Shown piece after piece: positions 33,903 through 47,703 of a stretch of 64,000 nt of DNA. A model generated the notes under the pieces. It made no database searches and had not been told where the DNA came from. It was given only the letters and a program-made list of their open reading frames with translations. Positions within the stretch are counted from its first letter, which is position 1, and each line of letters starts with the position of its first letter. Position numbers and translations under genes: made by a program. The DNA comes from Macrostomum lignano (taxonomy: Eukaryota): assembly GCA_002269645.1 (NCBI GenBank), contig NIVC01000604.1, positions 248,001 to 312,000 of the forward strand. Direction: 5' to 3'.

Positions 33903-35711
33903 CACGCGGGTATGCTATACTAGATTAAGTGATTATACGTAGTTGCTTTCTTCGTGACAAGTCTTTCAATAACTTATTGCATTTCATTCTAAAATTTCAC
34001 AGCATTCATACATTAAATTGATAGCTTTTTACTTATTAAGGGACTTGATTTAGTTTACAAACAAATTACACGTTTTAGAAAGTTTATCCATGACGCCATA
34101 CTTGGCAAACATTAATGTACGTGCGTGTACACATCTTTAAGCCAAGGCCATTGCAGGAGTATGCTTCGCCTAGGTTGAATTAGAAGCATGTTATTTAATG
34201 ATCTTACCATTTCTGAAGTTAGATACACTGAACGTATAATTCGCAAGGTAAATTAGAGTATATTCCAATGAGGGAACAATAAATTTGAAATTTGGGTTTG
34301 TTTTATTTCGAAGCACTAAAATTTAATGAAACAAAGGAATTTAATCTTAAAGACATCGAACGAAGTTAGTGATAGTAAAATATATTTTTAGACGCTCTAT
34401 TTCAAATTCTTGCAGTATATGCATTCAAGAAAAAACGATCATTTTCCTCAAAAACGTACACGTAGCTACATGACGCAACAGTGTATGTACAATATTAAAA
34501 CTGTAACTTTGCACTGTCGGCTATTATTTATTGCTAGTAATTTAGAGACCTTAATTTATTTCCAGTAGGAAGGAAATTAGAAGGTAATGCTACTGGTTAT
34601 GAAGTTTAATGATAGACTATACAAAATGCATGCTGTATATTTTCACCTTCGTCCTTCAAGGTCAAAGTAAACTTGTGGTTTAATCTTTAACAGAATAAAT
34701 TTTAACACATGTAATCAATACTGTAACGCGAAAGCTAAAGAAATATGAAAAAAACAAAAAATCGGTTAAAAAGTGACGTCTGTATTTTGTTTTAATATTT
34801 TATATGCGTCCACCACATTCAACGGCGAATTTAATTTGTAAGTAAGAACGTAAACATTATTATTAATATTAAGTAAACATATTATTCGTGTTTTTCGTAT
34901 TTATTCAGATTACAATATTTGTTGGTATTAATATTACTGACTGAAATCATACTGTTGCTTCCTGCATTAGTTGAATTGAATGTTTTTAGTATAGAAGAGT
35001 AGCTCCAGCAGTAATAGTTTAAAGAGGCACTTCACTCAGCACATCACGCTACGCCCACGTGGTGTAGACCTAGGCGTGGGTGTGTCACTGCGTGTGGAGT
35101 ATCATACTTGTATAAGTACAAGATAATCAGATAAATGGTATGGGCTTAACTAGGGTAAAATCATTAAAATTATATAAATTTAGGAGTGACGAAAGGGATA
35201 ATAGTTAGGCCTATTTCAGCAAACATGACTTTTATTTTTAAAAATCATGATGAAATCATAAAATTCAACTGCACCACATTAAATTAGCTTTTTTTATGCT
35301 CCTTGTTTAAACAATTTTTCTTTGCAATGTTAATTCCATTTTTAAAAGGAATAAAATCATAAAACATAATTTATTTATCAACATATTGCATTACCAATGC
35401 CCTATCTACATTTACTGGTCTTATGCTCAAATTTAATGCAATTTGCCCATGCCAATGGAAGGCTAGTCTCGTCTGCTGCATGATGCACAGAGCATTCAAT
35501 ATCTATAGTACCTGGCAATCTTTCTACCCAGAAGTGATTAATCTTATTAACATTTTTCAATGGAATGATTTCCCTAAGCCGTAAGGGTTTTGATAGTAAA
35601 GTGCTAAACAGATTTCTAATTAGGAAAATGACCTCCACTGAGTCTAGTTTGGTAGGTTATTCCCATTCATCTATTGCCCTATATAGTTTTTGATTTGTTT
35701 TATTTAAATAT

Positions 35712-37400
35712 ATGGAATTGTGGACCATGTATACAAGCCCTAAAGATAACCACTTGTGTCAAAATGCCTTGGGGGCAAGCTTTGGCTATAAATTTACTTG
35801 TATGTTGGTGTTAAACTTCATTTTTTATTACTTAATAAATGAGCATTGTTACCAGATATATTGTTATCTTTCCTTAGATAATATTGATAGTAGTGGTAAT
35901 TTAAAAGCTATGGCTATTATAACATTAATACTCAATAAAAGCTTATAGCAATATATAATTAAAGTTTTGTATTGATAGGGTTTAATAGTTTTTATCTTAA
36001 AAAAATATTAGACCTTGTCCATATTTTGGTGCCTTTCCTTAAATTTTATAATAGGAAATAGGTCATAGCCTCTTAGGATATGGCAAATGTTATAAAACAA
36101 TAAAAATATTAGACAATATTATTGCTTGATATTATATTTATTAGTACTTTTTTACTTTTAATTGATAGATAAGATGGTTTTGTCATTAAATAGAGTTCAT
36201 TTAACATTATTATTATTATACATTTATGATTTATATAATTTATTAGACATTATTTTCATTTTTATAAAATAGTCATAATCTGTTTAGGCCTATTATATAG
36301 TGATAAATCATAAAAGATAAAAAATATGTATATTTCTTAAATTTATGTTTCCTTTAAATGAAAATAATACACCTATATTAAATTGAAATAATTTCAGATT
36401 CAACAATTATGAATTTTGAAAATTCAACTATAGCTCTAGCTAATAAATTCATAGAAATCTATGGCTACAATGGAACTGTCTATGGAAAGAATATTACTGA
36501 CTTTCTGTCTGGAATCACAATGAGCACTACTATGCTTAGTCGGCTATCAATACAAGAACAGGTAAGAACTGAAATAATGAATATATATGCCAATAAATTT
36601 AATTTTTCATTAGTGCAAAAGGTATAGAAAATTTTAGTGATGAAATTTGCTATAAATGTAATTCTTCCAAAATATGATTTAATTTAAAGTTTTAAATAGT
36701 TAGTTACACTTGTATAGCCAGACTATCGCCATCTACTCTACCCTCTCTACCCTCCCACAGTGTCCTGTCCAAGTGGACAGTCTTCGGCTGCTGCAATGGA
36801 CTGAGGCCAATGCCAGCAGTCTGATCTCTACTGTGCTGGGTGGCGTTCAAACTCCTGCCTGCTATTCCAGGGCTTCATCAGCTGCTGCCGAGTTTGCAGC
36901 CGCCTCTGCCACAGCTGCAGCGCATGACAGGGAAACAAATCCCCTTCATGGTAATCTCTGACGCCAAAAATCTCTCTTTATAGTCAATATATTTTTGGAT
37001 CTCAAGTCCACAATTTACGATCCCAAAACCTCTACTCGCTGATCGAAATCCGAAAATCCGAATTGCCATTGTGATGAAGCTTAAATAATCATTGATCCTA
37101 AAAATCCTTGATCTTGATGAAGCTTCTAGAGTCCCTGATCCATCAAAAATCCGCCAACTTAATGAAGCTTTAACAATTCCCAAATCGCCGAAAATCCCCC
37201 ATATTGATGAAGCTTCCAGAATCCTTTATTTCAAAAAATCACCCATATTGATAAAGCTTCCAGAATCCTCTATTCCCAAAAATCCCCCATATTGATGAAG
37301 CTACCAGGATCCTTTATTCCGAAAAAATCCCCCATATTGATGAAGCTTTTGAAGATTTCGCTTTATCACACTAGAGAGAGAGAGAGGGAAAGAAAGAGAA

Positions 37401-37439
<39 letters not shown>

Positions 37440-40400
37440 ATGTCTAGTGTCTAAACGCTCGAACTCCCACTTCCAGACCCTAAGCCTGGGAACAAAATTT
37501 AGTGAACACTTACTGTTGCGGGCTCCTCTTCTTTGTTGGGCAGGTTCTCCGAGCTCGTTTCTTCGATTCCTCTTCTTTGTCGCGCGCGTCTGTAGAGCTT
37601 GTCTTCGCAGATCTGTTCCTCCCGGGGTGGTCTTCTTGAAGTGTAGAATCGGCCGAAAGTGAGAGTGTAACAATTAAATCGACGTCGCAGTATTTCCTCT
37701 AGTGCAGAATCAATATATTCCTCTAGTGCAGAATCAATATATTCCTCGAGTGCAGAAATCAATATATTCCTCTAGTGCAGAATCAATATATTCCTCTAGT
37801 GCAGAATCAATATATTCCTCGAGTGCAGAAATCAATATATTCCTCGAGTGCCGAAATCAATATATTCCTCGAGTGCAGAAATCAATATATTCCTCGAGTG
37901 CAGAAATCAATATATTCCTCGAGTGCAGAAATCAATATATTCCTCGAGTGCAGAAATCAATATATTCCTCGAGTGCAGAAATCAATATATTCCTCGAGTG
38001 CAGAAATCAATATATTCCTCGAGTGCAGAAATCAATATATTCCTCGAGTGCAGAAATCAATATATTCCTCGAGTGCAGAAATCAATATATTCCTCGAGTG
38101 CAGAAATCAATATATTCCTCGAGTGCAGAAATCAATATATTCCTCGAGTGCAGAAATCAATATATTCCTCGAGTGCCGAAATCAGTATATTCCTCGAGTG
38201 CAGAAATCAATATATTCCTCGAGTGCAGAAATCAATATATTCCTCGAGTGCAGAAATCAATATATTCCTCGAGTGCCGAAATCAGTATATTCCTCGAGTG
38301 CAGAAATCAATATATTCCTCGAGTGCAGAATTCAATATATTCCTCGAGTGCCGAAATCAATATATTCCTCGAGTGCAGAAATCAATATATTCCTCGAGTG
38401 CCGAAATCAGTATATTCCTCGAGTGCAGAATCAATATCAAAGATGCGACCTAATAACAAAATCAACTTCTATAACAATACGAGGTCCTCCAGAAAGGGCG
38501 TCTTCTTCTAGAACTAACGGAATCGGAGTCGTGTGCTCCTATCGGTTAATCTAGGATAATCCAAAATCAATCACTCGATAATCCTCTAAGGGTATCGGAA
38601 TCGGTCCGCAGATCCTATCCAAGCCCTTAGGAAAATGGGAGGCCTCAAATTCAATGAACTCAGCCAAATCAGCTGATCAGTAACGGCCGGCAATAAAATC
38701 GCTCTCAATAATCCAAATAACAAAGGCTCGAACACGGCTTACCGAACGGTATTGATTCCCTCAGAGATGTAGCCTCGCTTAGCTGCTCCAGCAAGCTTTG
38801 AGATCTTTGGTGGCTGCTCCGAGTCTGGGATTTCAGCTCGGATTTTGATTTGTATTTATAGGCAAGTTTTCATTATATCAATAGTAACGTGATTCATTTT
38901 TCATCATAAGTTTTACGATAAGTCATCTTTCATCATAAGTCGCAACATGATTCATATTTCATAAGTCGTAAAATGATTAATCTTTTATCAAAGTTTTGCT
39001 ACCCATGTTTACGTTAGTCTACTTACAGTAGCTTTTTATGAATAATGGTGCTCTACACTTCCAGAATCCTCTATTCTCAAAATTTTCCCATACTGATGAA
39101 GGTTCAAGGATCCTTTCTTCCGAAAAAATCCCCCATATTCACGAAGCTTCCAGAATCCTCTATTCTCAAAAATCTCCCATATTGATGAAGCTTCCAGAAT
39201 CCTTTATTCCCATCTTGGTGACGCTTCAGGAATCACCGATCCCCAAAATCTTTCCATCCTGCTAAAATTCTGTATTACTCAACAACCAAGTGCCGTAGAC
39301 TCATCCACCATGTTTATGAAGCCTTAAATCCCTGTGGTCTTTATTATCATACCGATCTTAATATTCATGAAATCGTTTGCTACGCGATGCCACACCCGCA
39401 GTGTGGGGCTACGGCCTGCTGTTTGTGACGCTCATCAACCTCTGCGCAGTGCTGGGCATCATCTTCCTGCCCTTCATGGGCCGGCAGTTCTACAAACTAC
39501 TCATGACGTTTATGGTGTCTCTGGCTGTGGGATCTCTCGTGGCCACCTCCCTGCTCATCCTGCTGCCGGATGTGAGTTAGGGATATTGGGCTGGGATGAA
39601 GGGAGATGGGGAAGAGAAGACTGGGCTGAGGGGGAGATGGGGAAGAGGAGACTGGGCTGAAGGTGAGATGAGGAAGAGGAGACTGGGCTGAGGGGGAGAT
39701 GGGGAAGAGAAGACTGGGCTGAAGGGGAGATGGGGAAGAGGAGACTGGGCTGAGGGGGAGATGGGGAAGTGCAGACTGGGCTGAGGGGGAGATGGGGAAG
39801 AGGAGACTGGGCTGAAGGTGAGATGAGGAAGAGGAGACTGGGCTGAGGGGGAGATGGGGAAGAGGAGACTGGGCTGAAGGTGAGATGAGAAAAAGGAGAC
39901 TGGGCTGAGGGGGAGATGGGGAAGAGCAGACTGGGCTGAGGGGGAGATGGGGAAGAGGAGACTGGGCTGAAGGGGAGATGGGGAAGAGGAGACTGGGCAG
40001 AAGGGGAGATGAGAAAGAGGAGACTGGGCTGAGGGGGAGATGGGGAAGAGGAGACTGGGCTGAAGGGGAGATGGGGAAGAGGAGACTGGGCAGAAGGGGA
40101 GATGAGAAAGAGGAGACTGGGCTGAGGGGGAGATGGGGAAGAGCAGACTGGGCTGAGGGGGAGATGGGGAAGAGGAGACTGGGCTGAAGGGGAGATGGGG
40201 AAGAGGAGACTGGGCTGAAGGGGAGATGGGGAAGAGGAGACTGGGCTGAAGGGGAGATGGGGAAGAGGAGACTGGGCTGAAGGGGAGATGGGGAAGAGGA
40301 GACTGGGCTGAAAAGAAGATGGGGAAGAGGAGACTGGGCTGAGGGAAGATGGTTATTAAATGGGGTCAGGACTAAAAAGTCTCATAAGTCTAAGGAGACA

Positions 40401-43400
40401 GCGAGAGGATGATAAATATGACAATGAAAATCCAGCTGCAACTTTAATCAGCCATGCTCACCCACCTGATGCACTGCAGTCTCTTCAGTTGGCCTTCATC
40501 CACGAGGAAGTGAACTTTGCCAACTTCAGCCTGGTGGAAGAGCACCACCACCACCTGTTCCGGGCAGAGCGGCCCAGCCACGCCACCTGGGAGGATTTTC
40601 ACTCTCAGCATCCCTGGTACCTGTGGCGCTGTTGCGTGGTGTTCTTGGGTATCTACCTGTTCTTCTTGATTGAGCGGCTGCTCAAAGAGCTCATCAGGTG
40701 GAAGGTGAGGGCTAAGGAGGGAATTTATTCCCCTTGCAGGTACCCACTGACCCTCACTGTGGATATCAGATCTCTGAGTATATCAGATCTCTGATGATAT
40801 ATGATTAGATCCCTAAGTGTATCAGATCCCTGAATATATCAGATCCCTGAGGATGTATCAGATCCCTGAGTGTATCAGATCCCTGAGTGTATCAGATCCC
40901 TGAATATATCAGATCCCTGAGGATGTATCAGATCCCTGAGTGTATCAGATCCCTGAGTGTATCAGATCCCTGAGTGTATCAGATCCCTGAATATATCAGA
41001 TCCCTGAGGATGTATCAGATCCCTGAGTGTATCAGATCCCTGAGTGTATCAGATCCCTGAGGATGTATCAGATCCCTGAGTGTATCAGATCCCTGAGTGT
41101 ATCAGATCCCTGAATATATCAGATCCCTGAGGATGTATCAGATCCCTGAGTGTATCAGATCCCTGAGTGTATCAGATCCCTGAGGATGTATCAGATCCCT
41201 GAGTGTATCAGATCCCTGAGTGTATCAGATCCCTGAGTGTATCAGATCCCTGAGTGTATCAGATCCCTGAGTGTATCAGATCCCTGAGTGTATCAGATCC
41301 CTGAGTGTATCAGATCCCTGAGTGTATCAGATCCCTGAGTGTATCAGATCCCTGAGTGTATCAGATCCCTGAGTGTATCGGATCCCTGAGTGTATCGGAT
41401 CCCTTAGTGTATCAGATACCTGATTGTATCGGATCCCTGAGTGTATCGGATCCCTGAGGATTTATCAGATCCCTGAGTGTATCAGATCCCTGAGTGTATC
41501 AGATCCCTGAGTGTATCAGATCCCTGAGTGTATCGGATCCCTGAGTGTATCGGATCCCTGAGGATTTATCAGATCCCTGAGTGTATCAGATCCCTGAGTG
41601 TATCAGATCCCTGAGGATGTATCAGATCCCTGAGTGTATCGGATCCCTGAGTGTATCGGATCCCTGAGTGTATCGGATCCCTGAGGATTTATCAGATCCC
41701 TGAGTGTATCAGATCCCTGAGTGTATCAGATCCCTGAGTGTATCAGATCCCTGAGTGTATCAGATCCCTGAGTGTATCGGATCCCTGAGTGTATCGGATC
41801 CCTGAGTGTATCGGATCCCTGAGGATTTATCAGATCCCTGAGTGTATCAGATCCCTGAGTGTATCAGATCCCTGAGTGTATCAGATCCCTGAGTGTATCA
41901 GATCCCTGAGTGTATCAGATCCCTGAGTGTATCAGATCCCTGAGTGTATCAGATCCCTGAGTGTATCAGATCCCTGAGTGTATCAGATCCCTGAGTGTAT
42001 CAGATCCCTGAGTGTATCGGATCCCTGAGTGTATCGGATCCCTGAGGATTTATCAGATCCCTGAGTGTATCAGATCCCTGAGTGTATCAGATCCCTGAGT
42101 GTATCAGATCCCTGAGTGTATCGGATCCCTGAGTGTATCGGATCCCTGAGTGTATCGGATCCCTGAGGATTTATCAGATCCCTGAGTGTATCAGATCCCT
42201 GAGTGTATCAGATCCCTGAGTGTATCAGATCCCTGAGTGTATCAGATCCCTGAGTGTATCAGATCCCTGAGTGTATCAGATCCCTGAGTGTATCGGATCC
42301 CTGAGTGTATCAGATCCCTGAGTGTATCAGATCCCTGAGTGTATCAGATCCCTGAGTGTATCGGATCCCTGAGTGTATCGGATCCCTGAGTGTATCGGAT
42401 CCCTTAGTGTATCGGATCCCTTAGTGTATCAGATACCTGATTGTATCAGATACCTGATTGTATCAGATCCCTGAGTGTATCGGATCCCTGAGTGTATCGG
42501 ATCCCTGAGTGTATCGGATCCCTGAGGATTTATCAGATCCCTGAGTGTATCAGATCCCTGAGTGTATCGGATCCCTGAGTGTATCAGATCCCTGAGGATT
42601 TATCAGATCCCTGAGTATGTATAAGGTCCCTGAGGATGTATCAGGTCCCTGAGGATGTATCACATCCCTGAGTGTATCAGATACCTGATTATATCAGATC
42701 TCTGAGGATATTGGATCCTTCAGTATGTATTTTTTAAAACCAATTAATTTGTTGCTATACTTCTCAAAGTATGCAATTTTTCAATAATAATTCAGCCGGC
42801 AATATGCAACTGTTCCATTAAGCTATGATCAACCACTTGTATCAAGCCTCTATAATTATTTGTTGATATTCAATCGAACCTTAGCAACCGGTTGCCACGG
42901 ACGCCACTGGCGCAGCTGCCGCCGCCTCCGCAAAGCATCAGCACAGTCACCAGCAGTCCAGGGAGCGACTCCCGTCCTGCAGCATGAACATCGAGCGGAA
43001 GCCGACTCGCTCTGACAAGCAGATTCGATACGCCAGGCCCGACGGCAGCCGCGGCTGCGCGCGCTGCGGCAACGACGACTTCGACAACGCCTTCGCCGAG
43101 GAGTCGACGCCGGAGCTGGTTCTGGAAGTCGAGGCGGCGATGCTGCCTAAGACGGTCTGTGTCTCCGGGTTGTTTGAATGAGCGGCTGTTTTGGTTTCTG
43201 AGGCTGCGGGGATCCTGATCTCCCCTGGCTGTGGGATCTTGGGAGTCATAGGCTGGGATTTTGACGCTGAGGCTGAGGATTTTGAGGATTTATAGGCTGG
43301 GATCTTGGTAGTCAGGTTGGGATCTTGGGAGTCATAGGCTGGGATCTTGGGAGTCATAGGTTGGGATCTTGGTAGTCAGGTTGGGATCTTGGGAGTCATA

Positions 43401-45824
43401 GGTTGGGATCTTGGTAGTCAGGTTGGGATCTTGGGAGTCATAGGCTGGGATCTTGGGAGTCATAGGTTGGGATCTTGGTAGTCAGGTTGGGATCTTGGGA
43501 GTCATAGACTGAGATCTTAAGAGTCATAGGCTGGGATCTTGGGAGTCATAGGCTGGGATCTTGGGAGTCATAGGCTGGGATCTTGGGAGTCATAGGTTGG
43601 GATCTTGGTAGTCAGGTTGGGATCTTGGGAGTCATAGACTGGGATCTTAAGAGTCATAGGCTGGGATCTTGGGAGTCATAGGCTGGGATCTTGGGAGTCA
43701 TAGGCTGGGATCTTGGGAGTCATAGGCTGGGATCTTGGGAGTCATAGGTTGGGATCTTGTTAGTCAGGTTGGGATCTTGTTAGTCAGGTTGGGATCTTGG
43801 GAGTCATAGGCTGGGATCTTGGGTGTCATAGGTTTTAGTTTCGGGAATCATAGGCTGGGATCTCGGGAATCATAGGCTGGGATTTTTAGAGTCGCAGGTT
43901 CGGATTTTGTTACACGTAGTTATAGGCTGGGATCTTGAGACTTGATATCACCACTATCTTTTCCCATTTGTACACTTTGCAACTGGAACCATTTTTGCTC
44001 AATAAAAACTGATTAATAAATTACAGATTCATAAATACAGCAAAGCAAAATGCAGGTAACAATATGCTCATACTATATTTATAACGGACAGTTTAGTAAT
44101 TTTCTGCTTTCGCGTCCTACTTCCCGCTCTGCTTATTCTAACGGACCATTTTCTAAGAAACCCTACCTACGCCCGCCGTCCAGGCCGGCCAGGTCGGCAG
44201 TTCGCAGCCGGACACGGTGGCTCCCTCGAGCGCCGCGGCGTCAGGTGACCACAGCGTCGGCCTGGCGACAAACTGCAGCGCCGAGGCTCGCCCGGCCGAA
44301 GCCGCCACCGCCGCAGTTGCCGACGAAAAGAAGCTGACAAGGAACGGCGGCCTCTGCGACGACCGCGACGGCGTGTCAACCCGGCTGGCGAAGGTGCAGC
44401 CGGTGGCCTGGATGATTCTGCTCGGCGACGCGCTGCACAACTTCATCGACGGCCTGAGCATCGGGGCGGCCTTCACCCGGTCGACTCTGAGCGGCGTCAG
44501 CATCTGCCTAGCGGTGCTGTGCGAGGAGCTGCCGCACGAGCTCGGCGACTTCGCCATCCTGCTGTCAGCCGGGATGTCCATGCCGATGGCGCTGCTGTGC
44601 AACTTCTTGTCCGCCTGCACCTGCTACCTGGGCTTTGCGCTGGGCGTCTGGCTGGGAGAGACCGGCGCCAGCGTGTGGATCTTCGCCGTCGCCAGCGGCA
44701 TGTTCTTGTACATCAGCCTGGTGGACATGGTGAGCTGCGTTGGGATCTCTGACGGGTTCTGGTGTCCGACAGGTAGGGATCATTGGATAGATTGGGATCT
44801 CTGTCAGGCAGGTTGGGATCTCTGACAGGTTTGGATCTCTTACAGGTTGGGATCTCTAACGGTTTGGGATCTCTGACAGGTTGGGATCTCTAACGGTTTG
44901 GGATCTCTAACGGTTTGGGATCTCTGACAGGTTGGGATCTCTGACGGTTTGGGATCTCTGACGGTTTGGGATCTCTAAAAGGTTGGGATCTCTAACAGGT
45001 TGGGATCTCTGACGGTTGGGATCTTTAACAGGTTGGGATCTCCGACAGGTTGGGATCTCTAACAGGTTGGGATCTCCGACAGGTTAGGATCTCTAACAGG
45101 TTGGGATCTCTAACAGGTTGGGATCTCTGACGGTTTGGGATCTCTGACAGGTTGGGATCTCTAACGGTTTGGGATCTCTGACAGGTTGGGATCTCTAACG
45201 GTTTGGGATCTCTAACGGTTTGGGATCTCTGACAGGTTGGGATCTCTGACGGTTTGGGATCTCTGACGGTTTGGGATCTCTGACGGTTTGGGATCTCTAA
45301 AAGGTTGGGATCTCTAACAGGTTGGGATCTCTGACGGTTGGGATCTCTGACGGTTGGGATCTTTAACAGGTTGGGATCTCCGACAGGTTAGGATCTCTAA
45401 CAGGTTGGGATCTCTAACGGTTTGGGATCTCTAACGGTTTGGGATCTCTGACAGGTTGGGATCTCCGACAGGTTGGGATCTCCGACAGGTTGGGATCTCT
45501 GACAGGTTGGGATCTCCGACTCTTGGGTATTATGGGGAAGGTTTGGATTCTCTGACAGGTTCAGGTTGGGATTATTTTACAGGGTAGGATGTTGGGTCAG
45601 ATCGCAGCCATAACTTGGCATGGACTCTGAGAGTGAATCGCGAATTCCCTCGCCCCATTTCCCTCCAGATGCCGGAGGTCAGCTACTCGATGGAGGAGCC
45701 TGGGGCCAAGCAGCTGGGCAAGGCGAAGATCTTCCTGCTGCAGAATGTCGGCCTGTTCGCCGGCTTCGGCGCAGTGCTGACGCTGGCCATCTACGGCGGC
45801 AACATTCAGCTTGGCGGAGAGTGA
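35712..45824 (+). CDS. SLC39A14: ZIP8/ZIP14-like SLC39A metal transporter, paralogue B
   Basis: Exons 35712 (or 35802)-35895 (tentative), 36398-36561, 36761-36950, 39402-39571, 40480-40704, 42885-43154, 44184-44729 ([17 protein letters not shown]), 45669-45824. All splice phases are compatible. Confidence 0.9.
37350..39057 (-). mobile_element. Probable solo LTR with an internal 25-bp tandem array
   Basis: TGAAGA...TCTACA termini, CTTT/CTTC flanks, splits a GAAGCTTCCAGAATCC repeat array; TATAAATA on the minus strand at 38853-38860. Confidence 0.45.
37700..38430. repeat. 25-bp minisatellite (CAGAAATCAATATATTCCTCGAGTG)n
   Basis: About 29 tandem copies. Confidence 0.97.
39590..40350. repeat. 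31-bp purine-rich intronic minisatellite (GAGACTGGGCTGAGGGGGAGATGGGGAAGAG)n
   Basis: Period 31 measured between 40145 and 40176. Confidence 0.95.
40760..42720. repeat. 17-bp intronic minisatellite (CAGATCCCTGAGTGTAT)n with 19-bp variants
   Basis: About 2 kb of tandem copies. Confidence 0.97.
43235..43940. repeat. 22-bp intronic minisatellite (GGCTGGGATCTTGGGAGTCATA)n
   Basis: Tandem copies with GGTAGTCAGGTT variants. Confidence 0.93.
44800..45520. repeat. 17-18-bp intronic minisatellite (GGTTGGGATCTCTGACA)n
   Basis: Tandem copies; counterpart of 30100-30470. Confidence 0.95.
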
Positions 45825-45959
45825 CGGAGGGCCGCCCTGTTCAGTCCTGACTGTGTGGGCAGCTGAAGCTGGAGGCGTTGTTCTTGAGCATCGGGCCAGT
45901 TTTGCTCCAAGTTAAATACATAGGCGCGAATTTCGCTTCCTTTGAGCTGTATTGAATGG

Positions 45960-46380
45960 AGTTTGGCCATAGAAAGATTCTGTCGAGACAGATTTGGCCA
46001 TAGACAGATTTGGCCATAGACAGATTTGGCCATAGACAGATTCGGTCGAGACAGATTTGGCCATAGACAGATTTGGCCATAGACAGATTTGGCCATAGAC
46101 AGATTTGGCCATAGACAGATTCGGTCGAGACAGATTTGGCCATAGAAAGATTCGGTTGAGACAGATTTGGCCATAGACAGATTTGGCCATAGACAGATTC
46201 GGTTGAGACAGATTAGGCCATAGACAGATTCGGCCATAGACAGATTTGGCCATAGACAGATTTGGTCGAGACAGATTTGGCCATAGACAGATTCGGTTGA
46301 GACACATTTGGCCATTGACATTTGGCCATAGACAGATTTGGCCAGAGACAGTTTCGGTGAGACAGATTTCGCCATAGACA
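45960..46380. repeat. 16-bp minisatellite (GGCCATAGACAGATTT)n
   Basis: Tandem copies just 3' of the ZIP-B stop codon. Confidence 0.93.
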
Positions 46381-46990
46381 GATCGGCGCGCTAGAAAAAG
46401 TACATTAAAGGGACAGGAACAACAAAAAATTTCACCAATTAATTTTGCAGCGAAATTGTAGCAGCCTTCCGCTTCAACTGCCCGCCTGAAGGTGTCGGTT
46501 GGCATCTGTGTTTTAGCAGTGGAAGCTATTTTTAACTAGAATGGAATTCTTTTTTAAGGGTTTTATTGTCATACTGTTTTGCATCATTTTTGCATGAAAA
46601 TATCCGCGTGTTGTCAGCAGTAACTTTGCTCATTGCAAATTTTTTATTGAAGTCTTCAGCCGGCATTCGAAGTCATTGCTGATGGTCGATAAACACCTGG
46701 ATTTATGATTTATTCCAAACTTTGCGCTAATGCGGCTGGTTTGCTTGATGAAACAAATTTTTTATTTTTTTCCTATTGATAAGCTTGTATGTGGCCTGCA
46801 ATTCTGTTGAAGTTCTGTCATTTTGTGTTTTTTCTCTTGTCGCCTTTTAAATTTTTGTGTAGCTAGCAGCTGCTTCTGGAGGTTTTTTTATTGATCCTCT
46901 TGAATTGATTTGATTTTGCAATATTTCTCTGGTTTATGAATTGTACTTATGGCTTCATTGTCTCCAGCTTTTATGGGATGCTTGAATTTT

Positions 46991-47703
46991 AACCATAACC
47001 CTAGCCCTAGCCATAGCCCTAGCCTTAACCCTAGCCCTAGCCATAGCCTTAGCCCTAACCCTAGCCATAGCCCTAGCCCTAACCCTAGCCCTAGCCATAG
47101 CCCTATCCCTAGCCCTAGCCCTAGCCATAACCCTAGCCGTAGCCATAGCCATAGCCATAACCCTAGACATAGCCCTAGTCATAACCCTAGACATAACCCT
47201 AGACATAACCCTAGACATAACCCTAGAAATAGCCCTAGCCATAACCCTAGACATAACCCTAGACATAACCCTAGACATAACCCTAGACATAGCCCTAGCC
47301 ATAGACCTAGCCCTAGCCATAGCCATAACCCTAGCCATAGCCCTAGCCATAACCCTAGACATAACCCTAGACATAGCCCTAGCCATAGCCCTAGCCATAG
47401 CCATAGCCCTAGCCAAAACTTTAGCCCTAACCATAGCCCTAGTCATAGCCCTAGCCATAACCCTAGCCCTAGCCCTAGCCATAACCCTAGCCCTAGCCAT
47501 AACCCTAGCCCTAGCCAAAACTTTTGCCCTAGCCATAGCCCTAGCCCTAGTCATAGCCCTAGCCCTAGACATAACCCTAGCCCTAGACATAACCCTAGCC
47601 CTAGCTATAACCCTAGCCATAGCCATAACCTTAGCCATAGCCATAACCCTAGCCATAGCCCTAGCCCTAGCCCTAGCCAAAACTTTAGCCCTAGCCATAG
47701 CCC
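46991..47703. repeat. Degenerate telomere-like hexamer array (CCCTAG/CCATAG/CCATAA/ACATAA)n
   Basis: About 115 hexamers, most one or two substitutions from CCCTAA. Confidence 0.9.

Noticed and set aside
34200-34370. Candidate first coding exon of ZIP paralogue A (phase-1 donor at ~34207)
   Set aside because: There is no in-frame ATG before an upstream stop, so it is left unresolved.
37702-38554. Repetitive 200-270-aa ORFs
   Set aside because: They are translations of the 25-bp array.
45806-46505. Minus-strand exons overlapping the ZIP-B 3' end
   Set aside because: The ORFs are mostly the 16-bp repeat, and the surrounding T-rich plus strand fits a ZIP-B 3' UTR better.
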